Source: Trueperaceae bacterium
GTDB taxonomy: Bacteria > Deinococcota > Deinococci > Deinococcales > Trueperaceae
Direction of reading: 5' to 3'
DNA length: 64,000 nucleotides
Assembly: GCA_965214405.1 (NCBI GenBank)
Contig: OZ243956.1
Span: forward strand, 2,848,001 to 2,912,000
Position numbers and translations under genes: made by a program
Shown: in pieces, positions 51,693-61,139 of the stretch
Position numbering within the stretch: the stretch's first letter is position 1
Layout of the letters: the number at the start of each line of letters is the position of its first letter
Notes under the pieces: model-generated
What the model saw: the letters and a program-made list of their open reading frames with translations, nothing else
Database searches by the model: none
Told to the model about the DNA's origin: nothing

Positions 51693-52549
51693 TGCCGACG
51701 CTCGCGTGGCAGCTTGACCCGGCGCTTATCGGCACCCTCTTAACGCTCGCGGTCGTTTACGGCTTGGCGGTCGGGCCGCTACGCGCGCGGCTCGCGCCCG
51801 GCGAAGGATTCCCGGTGGGCAAGGCGAGCCTATTTTACAGCGCGCTGCTCATCATTTTTCTCGCGGAGGGTTCGCCCCTGCACGACCTTTCGGAGCGTTA
51901 CCTCTTTAGCGCGCACATGGTGCAGCACCTCCTGCTGAGTTACGTCGCCGCGCCGCTCCTGATTCGCGGCACGCCCGACTGGGTGCTGCGGCCCTTGCTA
52001 CTCAACCGCGTGGTGCGGCCTTTCGCCAAGGTGCTTTTCAACCCGGTGGTCGCGTTTTTGGCTTTTAACCTCTTTTTCTCGCTCTGGCACTTCCCGGCCA
52101 TCTACGAGGCGGCGCTGCAAAATCCGTGGATACACCACCTCGAGCACGTCTTCTTTATCGGCACCGCCATCATGCTGGGGTGGCCGCTTATGAGCCCGCT
52201 CAAGGCGCTGCCCCGCCTGTCACACCTTGGGCGGCTCGTCTACTTGTTTCTCATCCCGATGGCGCAGTTTTTGGTCGCGGCGGTGCTCACCTTTGCGCAT
52301 AACGCCTTTTACCCCACCTACATCGCCGCGCCGCGGCTCTGGGGCCTCACCGCCGCCGCCGACCAGCAGTTGGGCGGCATCATCATGAAAATAGGCGGCG
52401 CGGTTGCTTTCGGCATCCCCTTCGTGCTCATCTTTTTCGCCTGGTACGCCGAGGAGATGGCGACGGGCAGCCGCAAGAAAAAGCGTAAGGGTTCGCATAA
52501 GAAGCCGTACGCCAGCGACGAGGTGCCGGGAAGCAGCGTGAACGTTTAG
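51692..52549 (+). CDS. ctaG: caa3-type cytochrome c oxidase assembly factor CtaG
   Basis: LFSAHMVQHLLL, LWHFP..Y, HHLEH, DQQLGGIIMK. Confidence 0.9.
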   Translation: MPTLAWQLDPALIGTLLTLAVVYGLAVGPLRARLAPGEGFPVGKASLFYSALLIIFLAEGSPLHDLSERYLFSAHMVQHLLLSYVAAPLLIRGTPDWVLRPLLLNRVVRPFAKVLFNPVVAFLAFNLFFSLWHFPAIYEAALQNPWIHHLEHVFFIGTAIMLGWPLMSPLKALPRLSHLGRLVYLFLIPMAQFLVAAVLTFAHNAFYPTYIAAPRLWGLTAAADQQLGGIIMKIGGAVAFGIPFVLIFFAWYAEEMATGSRKKKRKGSHKKPYASDEVPGSSVNV

Positions 52550-52686
52550 CTTCACCTTTACAACGCTCAACCGCACAGCCTATGTAAAGCCGGGACTACA
52601 AAGTTCCGGCTCTTTTCTTGCGTTATGACGAACTCCCGACGGACGAACGTAAACTCTCGCGGTATCCTCACCCAGAGGAGTGACCT

Positions 52687-53313
52687 ATGACCAACATTCA
52701 AGCCATCGCCTTTGACTGGGGCGGGATTTTTACCGAAGGAACCTTTGACTCGAGCGCTGTCAAAAACTTGGCCGCGCTCTGCCGCGTGTCCGAAGAAGAG
52801 GTTGCGGCAACCTATTTTCCGGTAATGGAGGAGTTTGAAGCGGGCGCGTTCGACTTTGACGGTTTCTATAAACACTTTACGACCCGCTCCGGCCTGACCC
52901 CCGACGAGGGCGTCTTTCGGAAAACGTTTTTGGGTTCGGTACGAGAGCGAGAGGCGATGTTCGAGGTACTGGCAGGCATCCCCCCGACCTACCGCGTAGG
53001 CGTGCTTTCCAACAACGTGCCCGTCCTCTGTGACCGCGTCCGCGACGACGCGCGAATGAGCCGCGTCGAGCACTTTGTTTTTTCCAACGAAATCGGCGTT
53101 AGAAAACCCGCTAAGCAAGCGTTCGAGAAACTGACCGAGGCGCTGGGCGTTCCCGAGGACGCAACCGTTTTTGTCGATGACAACCGGGGCAACGTTGAAG
53201 CCTGTGAGCGTCTAGGCTACCAGGGCGTGCTGCTCACGACTTTTGAAAGCTTCGCAAGGGCGTGGCGGCGTCTTCTGCCCGACCTTCCGCTTCCCGACGC
53301 GCAGCAGGCTTAA
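52687..53313 (+). CDS. HAD-superfamily phosphatase
   Basis: FDWGG, LSNN, RKP, FVDDNRGNV. Confidence 0.85.
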   Translation: MTNIQAIAFDWGGIFTEGTFDSSAVKNLAALCRVSEEEVAATYFPVMEEFEAGAFDFDGFYKHFTTRSGLTPDEGVFRKTFLGSVREREAMFEVLAGIPPTYRVGVLSNNVPVLCDRVRDDARMSRVEHFVFSNEIGVRKPAKQAFEKLTEALGVPEDATVFVDDNRGNVEACERLGYQGVLLTTFESFARAWRRLLPDLPLPDAQQA

Positions 53314-53315
53314 CG

Positions 53316-53651
53316 GTGGGCGAGCGGGCCGTCAAGCTTTTGCAGGGCTACATCTGGCACCCACGCGAGCAAGAGCTTGACTTGGCGGACTATTTGCCGA
53401 GAAGGCTCGAGCCCAACATCCACGTCCTCTGGGACGACATGCCCGCCGCGCCCTTTACCTTTTTCGACGACGGCACGCTCTCGGCGACGCAGCGCTTTTT
53501 TCAGTTCACGGTGCTGACGCTTATCGGAGATGAAGACGAGGGCGAACCGCAACGGCTCGTCCCCTGGCTTGCTGAAACGTTGCAGGAGAGGCTTGAGGGG
53601 ACGCCCGAGGGCGTGGGCTGGCAGATATTCGAGGACCTGCGGGACGTGTAA
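53316..53651 (+). CDS. DUF3208 family protein
   Basis: VKLLQGYIWHP, PFTFFDDGTLSATQRFFQFT, TPEGVGWQIFEDLR; Deinococcota-type family. Confidence 0.75.
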   Translation: MGERAVKLLQGYIWHPREQELDLADYLPRRLEPNIHVLWDDMPAAPFTFFDDGTLSATQRFFQFTVLTLIGDEDEGEPQRLVPWLAETLQERLEGTPEGVGWQIFEDLRDV

Positions 53652-53667
53652 TCTTCTGTCTTCAACC

Positions 53668-55233
53668 TTACAATGGAATGTTTCCATGTTTTTTGAAGGG
53701 CCGCTCTTCGGCTTTGCCCTCGAGCATTCGCAGGTGCCTAATCAGGTGCCTGCGCGTATCCTTGGGGTCAATCACGTCGTCGATGTAGCCGCGCCCTGCG
53801 GCCCAATAAGGGTTGTCAAACCGCTTTTTGTACTCGTCGATTTTGGCGGCGCGCGTGGCCTCGGGGTGCTGTGAGGCGTTGATGTCGCGGCGGTAGATGA
53901 TGTTGGCCGCCCCCTCCGCGCCCATGACCGCGACCGCCGACGTGGGCCAAGCCAGCACCACGTCCGCGCCCATATCGCGCGAGTTCATCGCCAAGTAGGC
54001 GCCGCCGTAGCTCTTGCGGACGATGAGCGTGACTTTGGGGACGGTGGCCTCGGCGTAGGCGTAGAGCATCTTGGCCCCGTGGCGGATGATGCCCGCGTGC
54101 TCCTGCGTTACCCCCGGCAAGAAACCCGTCACGTCGACAAACGTGACAATCGGTACATTAAAGCAGTCGCAGGTGCGGATGAAGCGTGCGGCCTTGTCAG
54201 AGGCGTCGATGTTGAGCGTGCCCGCCATCTGCCGGGGGTTGTTGGCGACGACGCCGACCGGCTGCCCGCCAAAACGCGCGAACCCGCAGAGGATGTTTTT
54301 GGCCCAGTCGGGCTGGATTTCAAAAAAGTTTTTGTCGTCCACAAGCGTGCGGACAAGCTCGAGCATCGGGTAGGGGCGGCGCTGGTCGGGGTGGACGATG
54401 GACAAAACCTCGGGCGTCTCACGGTCTTCCGGGTCGCTCGTTTTGCGAAAGGGCGGCCTTTCCTTGGCGGATTGCGGCAGGTAGGACAGGAGTTCGCGGA
54501 CCATCGCCAACACGCCCGCGTCGTCGTCGGCCTCCCCGTGCGCCACCCCCGATTTGCGGGTATGCACGTCCGCCCCGCCAAGCGCCTCAAACGACACGTC
54601 CTCCTTGGTCACCGACTTGATGACTTCGGGGCCGGTAATAAACATGTAGGACGAGCCGCGGCTCATGAATACAAAGTCGGTTAGCGCCGGGCTATAGACC
54701 GCGCCCCCCGCGCAAGGACCCAGAATGGCGCTAATCTGCGGCACCACGCCCGAATAGACCGCGTTGCGGTAGAACACCTCACCGTAGCCCGAGAGCGAAT
54801 CGACGCCCTCCTGGATGCGCGCGCCCGCCGAATCGTTTAAGCCTACGATGGGCGCGCCCGTTTTGACCGCTAAATCCATTACCTTGGCGATTTTTTGCGC
54901 GTGCATCTTGCCCAAGCTCCCGCCCAGCACCGTGAAGTCCTGGCTAAAAACGAAAACGGTGCGGCCCTCTACCTTGCCGTAGCCCGTGACCACGCCCTCG
55001 CCGGGCGCGTCCACGCCGCTCATCATCTCGCCGCCCAAGTGTTCGGTAAACACGCCCAGCTCGGTAAACGAGCCCTCGTCCAGGAGCGCGTGGACGCGTT
55101 CTCTCGCGGTCGTCTTGCCCGCCTCGTGCTGCTTTTTGATGCGCGCCTCGCCCCCGCCCTTTTCCACGCGCTTGCGCCGCTCCTCCATCTCCGCGGTGAG
55201 TTCGTTCATCCAAACCAGCGTATCGTCAGACAC
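53668..55233 (-). CDS. pccB: Acyl-CoA (propionyl/methylmalonyl-CoA) carboxyltransferase beta subunit
   Basis: QDFTVLGGSLG, SAGARIQEG, GPCAGGAVYSPA, KKHGNIPL. Confidence 0.93.
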   Translation of the reverse strand: MSDDTLVWMNELTAEMEERRKRVEKGGGEARIKKQHEAGKTTARERVHALLDEGSFTELGVFTEHLGGEMMSGVDAPGEGVVTGYGKVEGRTVFVFSQDFTVLGGSLGKMHAQKIAKVMDLAVKTGAPIVGLNDSAGARIQEGVDSLSGYGEVFYRNAVYSGVVPQISAILGPCAGGAVYSPALTDFVFMSRGSSYMFITGPEVIKSVTKEDVSFEALGGADVHTRKSGVAHGEADDDAGVLAMVRELLSYLPQSAKERPPFRKTSDPEDRETPEVLSIVHPDQRRPYPMLELVRTLVDDKNFFEIQPDWAKNILCGFARFGGQPVGVVANNPRQMAGTLNIDASDKAARFIRTCDCFNVPIVTFVDVTGFLPGVTQEHAGIIRHGAKMLYAYAEATVPKVTLIVRKSYGGAYLAMNSRDMGADVVLAWPTSAVAVMGAEGAANIIYRRDINASQHPEATRAAKIDEYKKRFDNPYWAAGRGYIDDVIDPKDTRRHLIRHLRMLEGKAEERPFKKHGNIPL

Positions 55234-55308
55234 TCTTTACTCCTTGGGTTGCCGCTCGAACTGTCATACTCGGCATCTAAACCAAGGATACCTTGAAGAC
55301 CGAGCGCC

Positions 55309-55360
55309 GAGTACCGAGCCCTGAGTACCGAGTTGAAAATCGTCTCAGGGCTCGGTACTC
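55309..55360. repeat. 17-bp perfect inverted repeat with an internal GAGTACCGAG duplication
   Basis: GAGTACCGAGCCCTGAG (55309-55325) / CTCAGGGCTCGGTACTC (55344-55360). Confidence 0.85.
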
Positions 55361-55362
55361 TT

Positions 55363-55755
55363 TTACCGCCTCTCCGTCACCGTCACATAACGCACTTCAT
55401 CTGGATAGACAAACCCTTGCAGCCGCGCTAAGCTCTCACGGTAGGAAGCGTCGTAGCGGTGGTTGACGGTGGCGTTAAGTACCTCAATCTCACCGTTGAT
55501 GTCGCTTAAATCGCGCTCTAAGCGCGTGATTTCGCCCCGGCTGTAGAGCCAGCGGTTGGTCTCGACGCCAAGCATTACAAGCGCGTGCAAACTACCCACA
55601 AGTGCAAGAACGGTGAGAAGAAACCCCATGCCCCTGGGTTGGGCGCTCTTCTTGGACTCCTGCGGTTCCTCCTGCGGACTGCGTGGTTTGAGACCGGCTG
55701 GTCTGCCTACCGAGACGCGGTGCGCCCCTCTACCGGTGGGACTTTTGATGGTCAC
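55363..55755 (-). CDS. Septum formation initiator (FtsB/DivIC-like)
   Basis: One TM segment, coiled coil, YRESLARLQGFVYPDE; GTG start overlaps the galT stop. Confidence 0.75.
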   Translation of the reverse strand: MTIKSPTGRGAHRVSVGRPAGLKPRSPQEEPQESKKSAQPRGMGFLLTVLALVGSLHALVMLGVETNRWLYSRGEITRLERDLSDINGEIEVLNATVNHRYDASYRESLARLQGFVYPDEVRYVTVTERR

Positions 55756-56792
55756 AACGCTACCCCCTGAAGCGCCAGCGCCTCCCGTAAAAAGCGCGCG
55801 GCGTCTTCGGGCGGCGTGGGATTGACGTAAAAGCCGCTTCCCCAATCAAAACCCGTTTGCGCGGTAAGGCGCGGCAAAAGTTTCATGTGCCAATGATACT
55901 CTGCGTCGCCGCTGGCGGGTAGGGTATGCAAAATCATGTTGTAGGGAGGGTGGTTGAGCGCGCTGTTGATGGCCCCCAATATAGAACGCAGGATGTCGCC
56001 CAGGAGCGGCAGGGTGTTGGCGGTCACGCCTGCAAAGGCGCTTCCGTGCTCGCGCGGCAAAATCCACACCTCAAAAGGCGTTTTGGACGCGTAGGGCGCA
56101 AAGGCCAAAAAAGCCTCGTTGTGCGAGATGAGGCGCGCGCGGTTTTCTAACTCGGCCTCCAGTACGTCGCAAAACAAGCAGCGGTGGTGACGCGCGAAGT
56201 GCTCCCCCGCCGCCGCGCGCTCCTCGCTCAGCCAGCGGTTGGTCACGGGCAGGGCCAAAAGGAGCGCGTGCGGGTGCGCGAAGCCTGCGCCCGCCGCCCG
56301 GCCCACGTTGCGTACGAGTTGCACATGGCGGATACCGGGGTAAGACGCCAGGTGCTCGAGCCTCTCGCGGTAGAGCCTGAGAAGCGCCAACAGGTGCTCG
56401 CGGGGCATGGTGGACAAACGCATGGCGTGTTCGGGATGTTCGACGATGAGTTCTTGCACGCCGCTGCTCGGCGCGTGGGTAAAAAGGGGCGACCCCTGCG
56501 GCTCAAAGACGCGGGCGTCCGAAAAGTCGGCGTCCGCCAAACCCGTGAGCGGGCGCAGCACCCTCGCGCGCCAGTCGGGCGCGCCCAGCGCCGAGGTGCT
56601 CGGCCTGAGCGCGCGCACCTCCTCCCCAACGCTTCTAGAAGCGCCCGGACAGAGCGGGCAGTCCTGTTCCTGATGGGTCCCCCCGTGCGTCCCTTCATGC
56701 GCCGCGCTGCCGAAGTCCGAAGCCAACAGCCCGCGCTCGGGCGAGATGATGACCCAGGTGGGGCCGAAGGGGTCTTTGCGGAACTGGGGCAT
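55752..56792 (-). CDS. galT: Galactose-1-phosphate uridylyltransferase (GalT/ADP-glucose phosphorylase-like HIT family)
   Basis: RKDP...WVIISPER, CPLCPG, HPH, CLFCD, YHWH, NPTPPE. Confidence 0.85.
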   Translation of the reverse strand: MPQFRKDPFGPTWVIISPERGLLASDFGSAAHEGTHGGTHQEQDCPLCPGASRSVGEEVRALRPSTSALGAPDWRARVLRPLTGLADADFSDARVFEPQGSPLFTHAPSSGVQELIVEHPEHAMRLSTMPREHLLALLRLYRERLEHLASYPGIRHVQLVRNVGRAAGAGFAHPHALLLALPVTNRWLSEERAAAGEHFARHHRCLFCDVLEAELENRARLISHNEAFLAFAPYASKTPFEVWILPREHGSAFAGVTANTLPLLGDILRSILGAINSALNHPPYNMILHTLPASGDAEYHWHMKLLPRLTAQTGFDWGSGFYVNPTPPEDAARFLREALALQGVAL

Positions 56793-57012
56793 CCGCTTTA
56801 CTTTAGCTCACGGCATTTCGGAGGAACGTAAAGAATCTTATGGGTCGTCTTAAGCACGAGCGGCTGAGGAGCCGTCTAAAACGGGCTGAGGCGTGGGGAA
56901 CACAGTGAGCTCCGCGTAAGAAACGTGACGCTTCCTACTTTGCCCGCCCCGCCTCGGTTTGCGGGTGATTTTCACGGCGCGGACACCCTTGCGTGAGCTA
57001 AGGTGTACAAAC

Positions 57013-58197
57013 ATGGCGGGCGCAGAGAACGCGACAACAAACGTGACCAACTTAGTGGGTAATCCGGTCGATAAAAATCTAGGTGGCAAGAATTTGGTTG
57101 ACGTGAGCGGTGAAACGCCCGATGACGTTGGCGGCGCGCCGCCAACGGACGCGAAAATCCTACTTATCGACGATGAGAACATCAACTTGCTCCTGCTCGA
57201 GCGCATCCTGCGGCGGGCGGGTTATGAAAAGCTTTGCAGCGTCGAAGACCCGCGTGAGGCTTTAGAGGCGTTTCAAACCTTTTCTCCCGACCTCATCGTG
57301 ACCGACTTGCACATGCCTCACCTGAGCGGCATCGAGCTCATCAAAAAGCTTAACGCGCGCATCCCGGCGGACGCTTATTTGCCCATCGTGATGCTTACCG
57401 CCGACCTCAACCCGGACTTAGAGCAGCAGGCGCTGCTGGGCGGGGCCAAAGATTTTCTTAACAAGCCCTTCAAGGCCAACCAGATTACGCTGCGCCTGCG
57501 TAACCTTCTCCAGACGCGCGCGCTGCACGAGGCGCTAAGACGCCAGAACAGCCTCCTAGAAACGCGCGTTGTGGAGCGCACCGCCGAGTTGGAGGCCGCG
57601 CACCTAGAGGGGCTCGAGCGCCTCGCCTTGGCGGCGGACTACCGCGACCACGACACGGGCCTCCACACCCAGCGCGTGGGTCACCTCTCGGCCAAAATCG
57701 CGCGCAAGTTGGGCTTTTCGGAGCGCGACGCCGTCGTTTTGGAGCGCGCCGCCCCGCTCCACGACGTGGGCAAAATCGGCATCCCCGACAGCATCTTGCT
57801 CAAACCGGGCCGCCTCGACGAAGGAGAGTTTACCGTCATGAAGCAGCACGTCAGGGTGGGGGCCACGCTCCTGTCCAACGGCCGCTCCGACCTCATCAAG
57901 ATGGCCGCCTGCGTCGCCCTGACCCATCACGAACGTTGGGACGGCTCGGGCTATCCCAACGGTTTAGCGAAAAGCACCATCCCCCTGGTAGGACAGATCG
58001 TCGCGGTGGCCGACGTGTTTGACACTCTTGTCAACAAACGCCCCTACAAAGAGGCGTGGCCCGTCGAACTCGCCGTCGCGGAGGTGCAGGCCAAAAGCGG
58101 CTCCTGGTTCAACCCGCAGGTGGTCGCGGCTTTTTTGTACGTGCTGGCCGACTTGCCCGAACTCCTCACGGAGCAAGACGCAGTCTTAGAGTTGTAG
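57013..58197 (+). CDS. Response regulator with HD-GYP c-di-GMP phosphodiesterase domain (RpfG-like)
   Basis: REC domain LIDDE...DLHMP...KP; LHDVGKIG, HHERWDGSGYP. Confidence 0.92.
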   Translation: MAGAENATTNVTNLVGNPVDKNLGGKNLVDVSGETPDDVGGAPPTDAKILLIDDENINLLLLERILRRAGYEKLCSVEDPREALEAFQTFSPDLIVTDLHMPHLSGIELIKKLNARIPADAYLPIVMLTADLNPDLEQQALLGGAKDFLNKPFKANQITLRLRNLLQTRALHEALRRQNSLLETRVVERTAELEAAHLEGLERLALAADYRDHDTGLHTQRVGHLSAKIARKLGFSERDAVVLERAAPLHDVGKIGIPDSILLKPGRLDEGEFTVMKQHVRVGATLLSNGRSDLIKMAACVALTHHERWDGSGYPNGLAKSTIPLVGQIVAVADVFDTLVNKRPYKEAWPVELAVAEVQAKSGSWFNPQVVAAFLYVLADLPELLTEQDAVLEL

Positions 58198-58218
58198 GGT
58201 CTGCTGACGGTTTGTTTT

Positions 58219-58652
58219 TCAAGGTTTGGAAAGGCGGGGAAGAGAAGCGTTTCTTGCCGTGCCCGGTTCTACCCTAGCCGAAGAGGGCAATCGGAACGTC
58301 CCATCGTCGTTGCACGGAAACGCGTGTACGGCAGCCACCGCGCGCCACGGTAGTGGGCCATAAATGTGCGGGAAAAGTTCTCCGCTCTCGCAGAGGTCCT
58401 CATCAACAAGGTTCTCATCAGCAAGGTTCTCATCAGCAAGGTTCTCATCAACTGCGTCGCCGTCAAGCAAAAGCTTGTCAATCTCGAGCAGCGCGAGGTC
58501 GGTTCGTCTGTAAAGAAAATTAGCAACCCGGCATACTTGATGTGGATAAGAGCAGTGAATAAACCCGTCGCCAGAGAGGCTGGGCGGCCCGTAAAAACCG
58601 TCAAGCCGCGCTCTGTCTTCCCTTTCGAAACGGTGTGAAGAACTGTTTGCAC
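58219..58652 (-). pseudogene. DUF952 family gene with a 5' frameshift (real or sequencing error) and an internal 15-bp tandem repeat
   Basis: MQTVLHTVSK in one frame; YGPPSL..DGFIHCS...LLEID...LFPHIYGPLP in another frame open from about 58620. Confidence 0.8.
58394..58452. repeat. 15-bp tandem repeat, about 4 units (DENLA/DENLA/DENLV/DEDL)
   Basis: Unit AAGGTTCTCATCA(G/A)C. Confidence 0.9.
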
Positions 58653-58722
58653 GACCTTTAGTCCACGATTTTTAGTCAGAGTGTGTAACGCAGACGCAAG
58701 CCCGTAAACCGGCCTGCCGTCT

Positions 58723-58923
58723 TCAGTTCAGCTCCCGCTCGCGTAAATTGACAGGCGGCGTTTCTTCGTTTTCTAGGTACAAAAAGTCGTCAATCGCTTC
58801 TAACAGGTCGCGCAGCCGCGGGTCGTCGACGAGCGCGTCGCAGAGCTCGAGCCTTTCCCCTTCATCAAGCGCGGCGAGCGCTTCAACAAGTTCTTCCACA
58901 TTGGGTTTGGTTCCCGCGTTCAT
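58723..58923 (-). CDS. Hypothetical small acidic protein, leaderless
   Basis: TATAAT 5 nt before the ATG; helical acidic composition. Confidence 0.6.
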   Translation of the reverse strand: MNAGTKPNVEELVEALAALDEGERLELCDALVDDPRLRDLLEAIDDFLYLENEETPPVNLRERELN

Positions 58924-58961
58924 GCGCCATTATACTTGGTGAGGCGAAAGGGGCAAGAGGT

Positions 58962-59357
58962 GTGCGAACGGTGGCGCTGAGGTTAAAACCCGGTCAGGAC
59001 TTGAAACGCGCCTTGAGCGAGACCGTCGCGCAAGAGGACGCTCGAGCTGGCTTCGTGCTTACCTGCGTCGGCTCTCTTTCCAGAGCGGCGTTGCGCTTGG
59101 CTGACCGCGACGGGGAAAGCGTCTTTGAGGGACCCTTCGAAATCTTGGCGCTCTCCGGCACCCTCTCGCCTGACGGTTTGCATTTACACCTAGCGCTCGC
59201 GGACAAGGACGGGACGACGCTGGGCGGGCATGTGCTGGAGGGCTGCGTGGTCTACACCACTGCCGAAATCGTCCTCGGTTTCCTTCCGGATGTGGGCTTC
59301 TCCAGGCGTTTGGACGCGGAAACGGGATACGCAGAGCTGGTGGTTGAAGAGCTCTAG
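58962..59357 (+). CDS. PPC/DUF296 domain protein
   Basis: LRLKPGQDL, CVGSL, EILALSGTLS..GLHLH, GGHVLEGC.VYTTAE. Confidence 0.9.
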   Translation: MRTVALRLKPGQDLKRALSETVAQEDARAGFVLTCVGSLSRAALRLADRDGESVFEGPFEILALSGTLSPDGLHLHLALADKDGTTLGGHVLEGCVVYTTAEIVLGFLPDVGFSRRLDAETGYAELVVEEL

Positions 59358-59374
59358 TCCGCCGCTTTGCTGCA

Positions 59375-60169
59375 CTACAGGTTTACCCGCTGCGAGCGGA
59401 CGAGCAGGCGAAAGGTGAAAAGGAGAACGAAAGCGGTCACGGCTAAAAGAGCCGAGAGCGCGAGGGCGGCGTCTAAATCACTTTCTAAAGCCGCGTAGAT
59501 CGCCAGCGGCATCGTCCGCGTGCGGCCCGCCAAGGAGCCCGCGAACACGATGGTCGCGCCAAACTCGCCCAGGGCGCGCGCCCAGGCCAGCACCAGCCCT
59601 TCAATCAGGTAGGGCCTGGTGAGGGGCCAGGTCACGCGCCAAAAGGTGCCCCAGCGGCCCCGCCCGAGGGTGAGGGAGACGGCCTCGAGCCGCGTCGGCA
59701 CACCCGCAAACCCCGCTTTCATCGCGCGAATATAGAGGGGCGCGGCGACAAAAAGTTGCGCCAGCACCACCGCCGAAGTCGTGAACGCCAGGTTGACGCC
59801 TAAAGCATCCAGATACGCCCCCAGCACCCCGCGCCGCCCGAACACCAGCAGCAAACTCACCCCCGCCACCACCGGGGGCAGCACAACGGGCAAGTCGAGC
59901 AGCGTGTCCAGGACACGGTAACCGGGGAAGCGGTAGCGCGCCAGCAAGTAGGCAACGGGCGTTCCTAAAAGGAGCGTCAACACCATGCTCAGCCCGGTGG
60001 TCACGAGGCTTAAGCGCAGCGCCTCCAAGGCAGCGGGTTGTAGCAGCGCCTCCACAACCGCAGGCCGCACCGCCCGGAACATAAGTACCCCCGTCGGCAG
60101 CACCAGGAGCACGAGCATGACGAGCCCGGCGGCGAGCGACAAGAGCGGGAGGCGCGACGAGGAGGCCAA
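59375..60169 (-). CDS. modB: Molybdate ABC transporter permease
   Basis: LPVVLPPVVAG, ARALGEFGATIVFAG. Confidence 0.93.
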   Translation of the reverse strand: MASSSRLPLLSLAAGLVMLVLLVLPTGVLMFRAVRPAVVEALLQPAALEALRLSLVTTGLSMVLTLLLGTPVAYLLARYRFPGYRVLDTLLDLPVVLPPVVAGVSLLLVFGRRGVLGAYLDALGVNLAFTTSAVVLAQLFVAAPLYIRAMKAGFAGVPTRLEAVSLTLGRGRWGTFWRVTWPLTRPYLIEGLVLAWARALGEFGATIVFAGSLAGRTRTMPLAIYAALESDLDAALALSALLAVTAFVLLFTFRLLVRSQRVNL

Positions 60170-60171
60170 GT

Positions 60172-60909
60172 TTAGAGTCTAAAACCGTGGCGCGCCAGAA
60201 TGGCCTGTCCCTCGTCTGAGAGAACGAACTCGAGAAAACGCTCCCCGAGTTCCCGCTGTGTGCTCTCTTTTACGACCGCGATGGTATAAGCGGCTTCTAC
60301 GTTATACGCGTCTGGAAGGTCGATGGTGCGAATTCCCTCCACGACCGCCGCGTCGGTCGCGTAGACGATGGCGGCGTCCGCCTCGCCCAGGGCGACCTTG
60401 GCGGCAACCTGCCGGACGTTGGTCTCCTCGGACACGAGATTTTTGAGCACCCGCGCCGAGAAGTCGTCACCGTAGAGGGCGTTGAGTTTGTCCAAACTCT
60501 CGAGCGCGTAGCGGCCCGCGGGCACGTCGGGTCCCGCTAACACCAGGAGCGTGCCCGGCTCTGCTAAATCTTCGGGGGTTTGTAGGCTCGAGCCCTCCGG
60601 CGTAACAATCACCAAGCTGTTCCCGGCGAAACGCCGCGGCGTTCCCGTTACCTCCCCCGCCACCGCCTCCATCTGACGCACGTCGGCGCTCGCAAACACG
60701 TCGGCGGGGGCACCCTGCAAGATTTGGGTGCTCAGGGTGGAGGAGCCCGCGAAGTTGAGGTCTACATTCACCCCAGGATTCGCCGCCTCAAAGGCTCCCG
60801 CCATTTCGTTAAACGCTTCGGTGAGGCTCGAGGCGGCGAACACGGTAAGGCTCTGTGCAGACGTCAAGCCGAGCGTGAGCCACAGCGTGAAGACAAAGAG
60901 TCGTTTCAT
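60172..60909 (-). CDS. modA: Molybdate ABC transporter substrate-binding protein
   Basis: VFAASSL, FAGSSTL, GAPADVFASA, VPAGRYA, IVYATD. Confidence 0.93.
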   Translation of the reverse strand: MKRLFVFTLWLTLGLTSAQSLTVFAASSLTEAFNEMAGAFEAANPGVNVDLNFAGSSTLSTQILQGAPADVFASADVRQMEAVAGEVTGTPRRFAGNSLVIVTPEGSSLQTPEDLAEPGTLLVLAGPDVPAGRYALESLDKLNALYGDDFSARVLKNLVSEETNVRQVAAKVALGEADAAIVYATDAAVVEGIRTIDLPDAYNVEAAYTIAVVKESTQRELGERFLEFVLSDEGQAILARHGFRL

Positions 60910-61139
60910 CGGTTCCCTTCTGAGTTTTGAAGTGCGCGCGGGCGCAAGTCACTCAAGTTTATCTGACAACCTTCTGTTGGTGATGCGTTTCTCTTCATCC
61001 AAGCTCCATAAAATCCATCTGTCACGACGCAGAAGCCTCACGGACTTTGACCCCGCGCGCCTTCCAAACGCGTATGTCATACTCTGTAGTAAAGGCGTGT
61101 TGGTAAAGACGTGACACCTGAAGAACCTAAGGAGTAACC

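Noticed and set aside
58394..58452. CRISPR-like repeat
   Set aside because: Head-to-tail 15-bp in-frame coding repeat with no spacers.
60910..61139. Moco riboswitch or ModE box upstream of modA
   Set aside because: I could not identify the conserved stems or a convincing palindrome.
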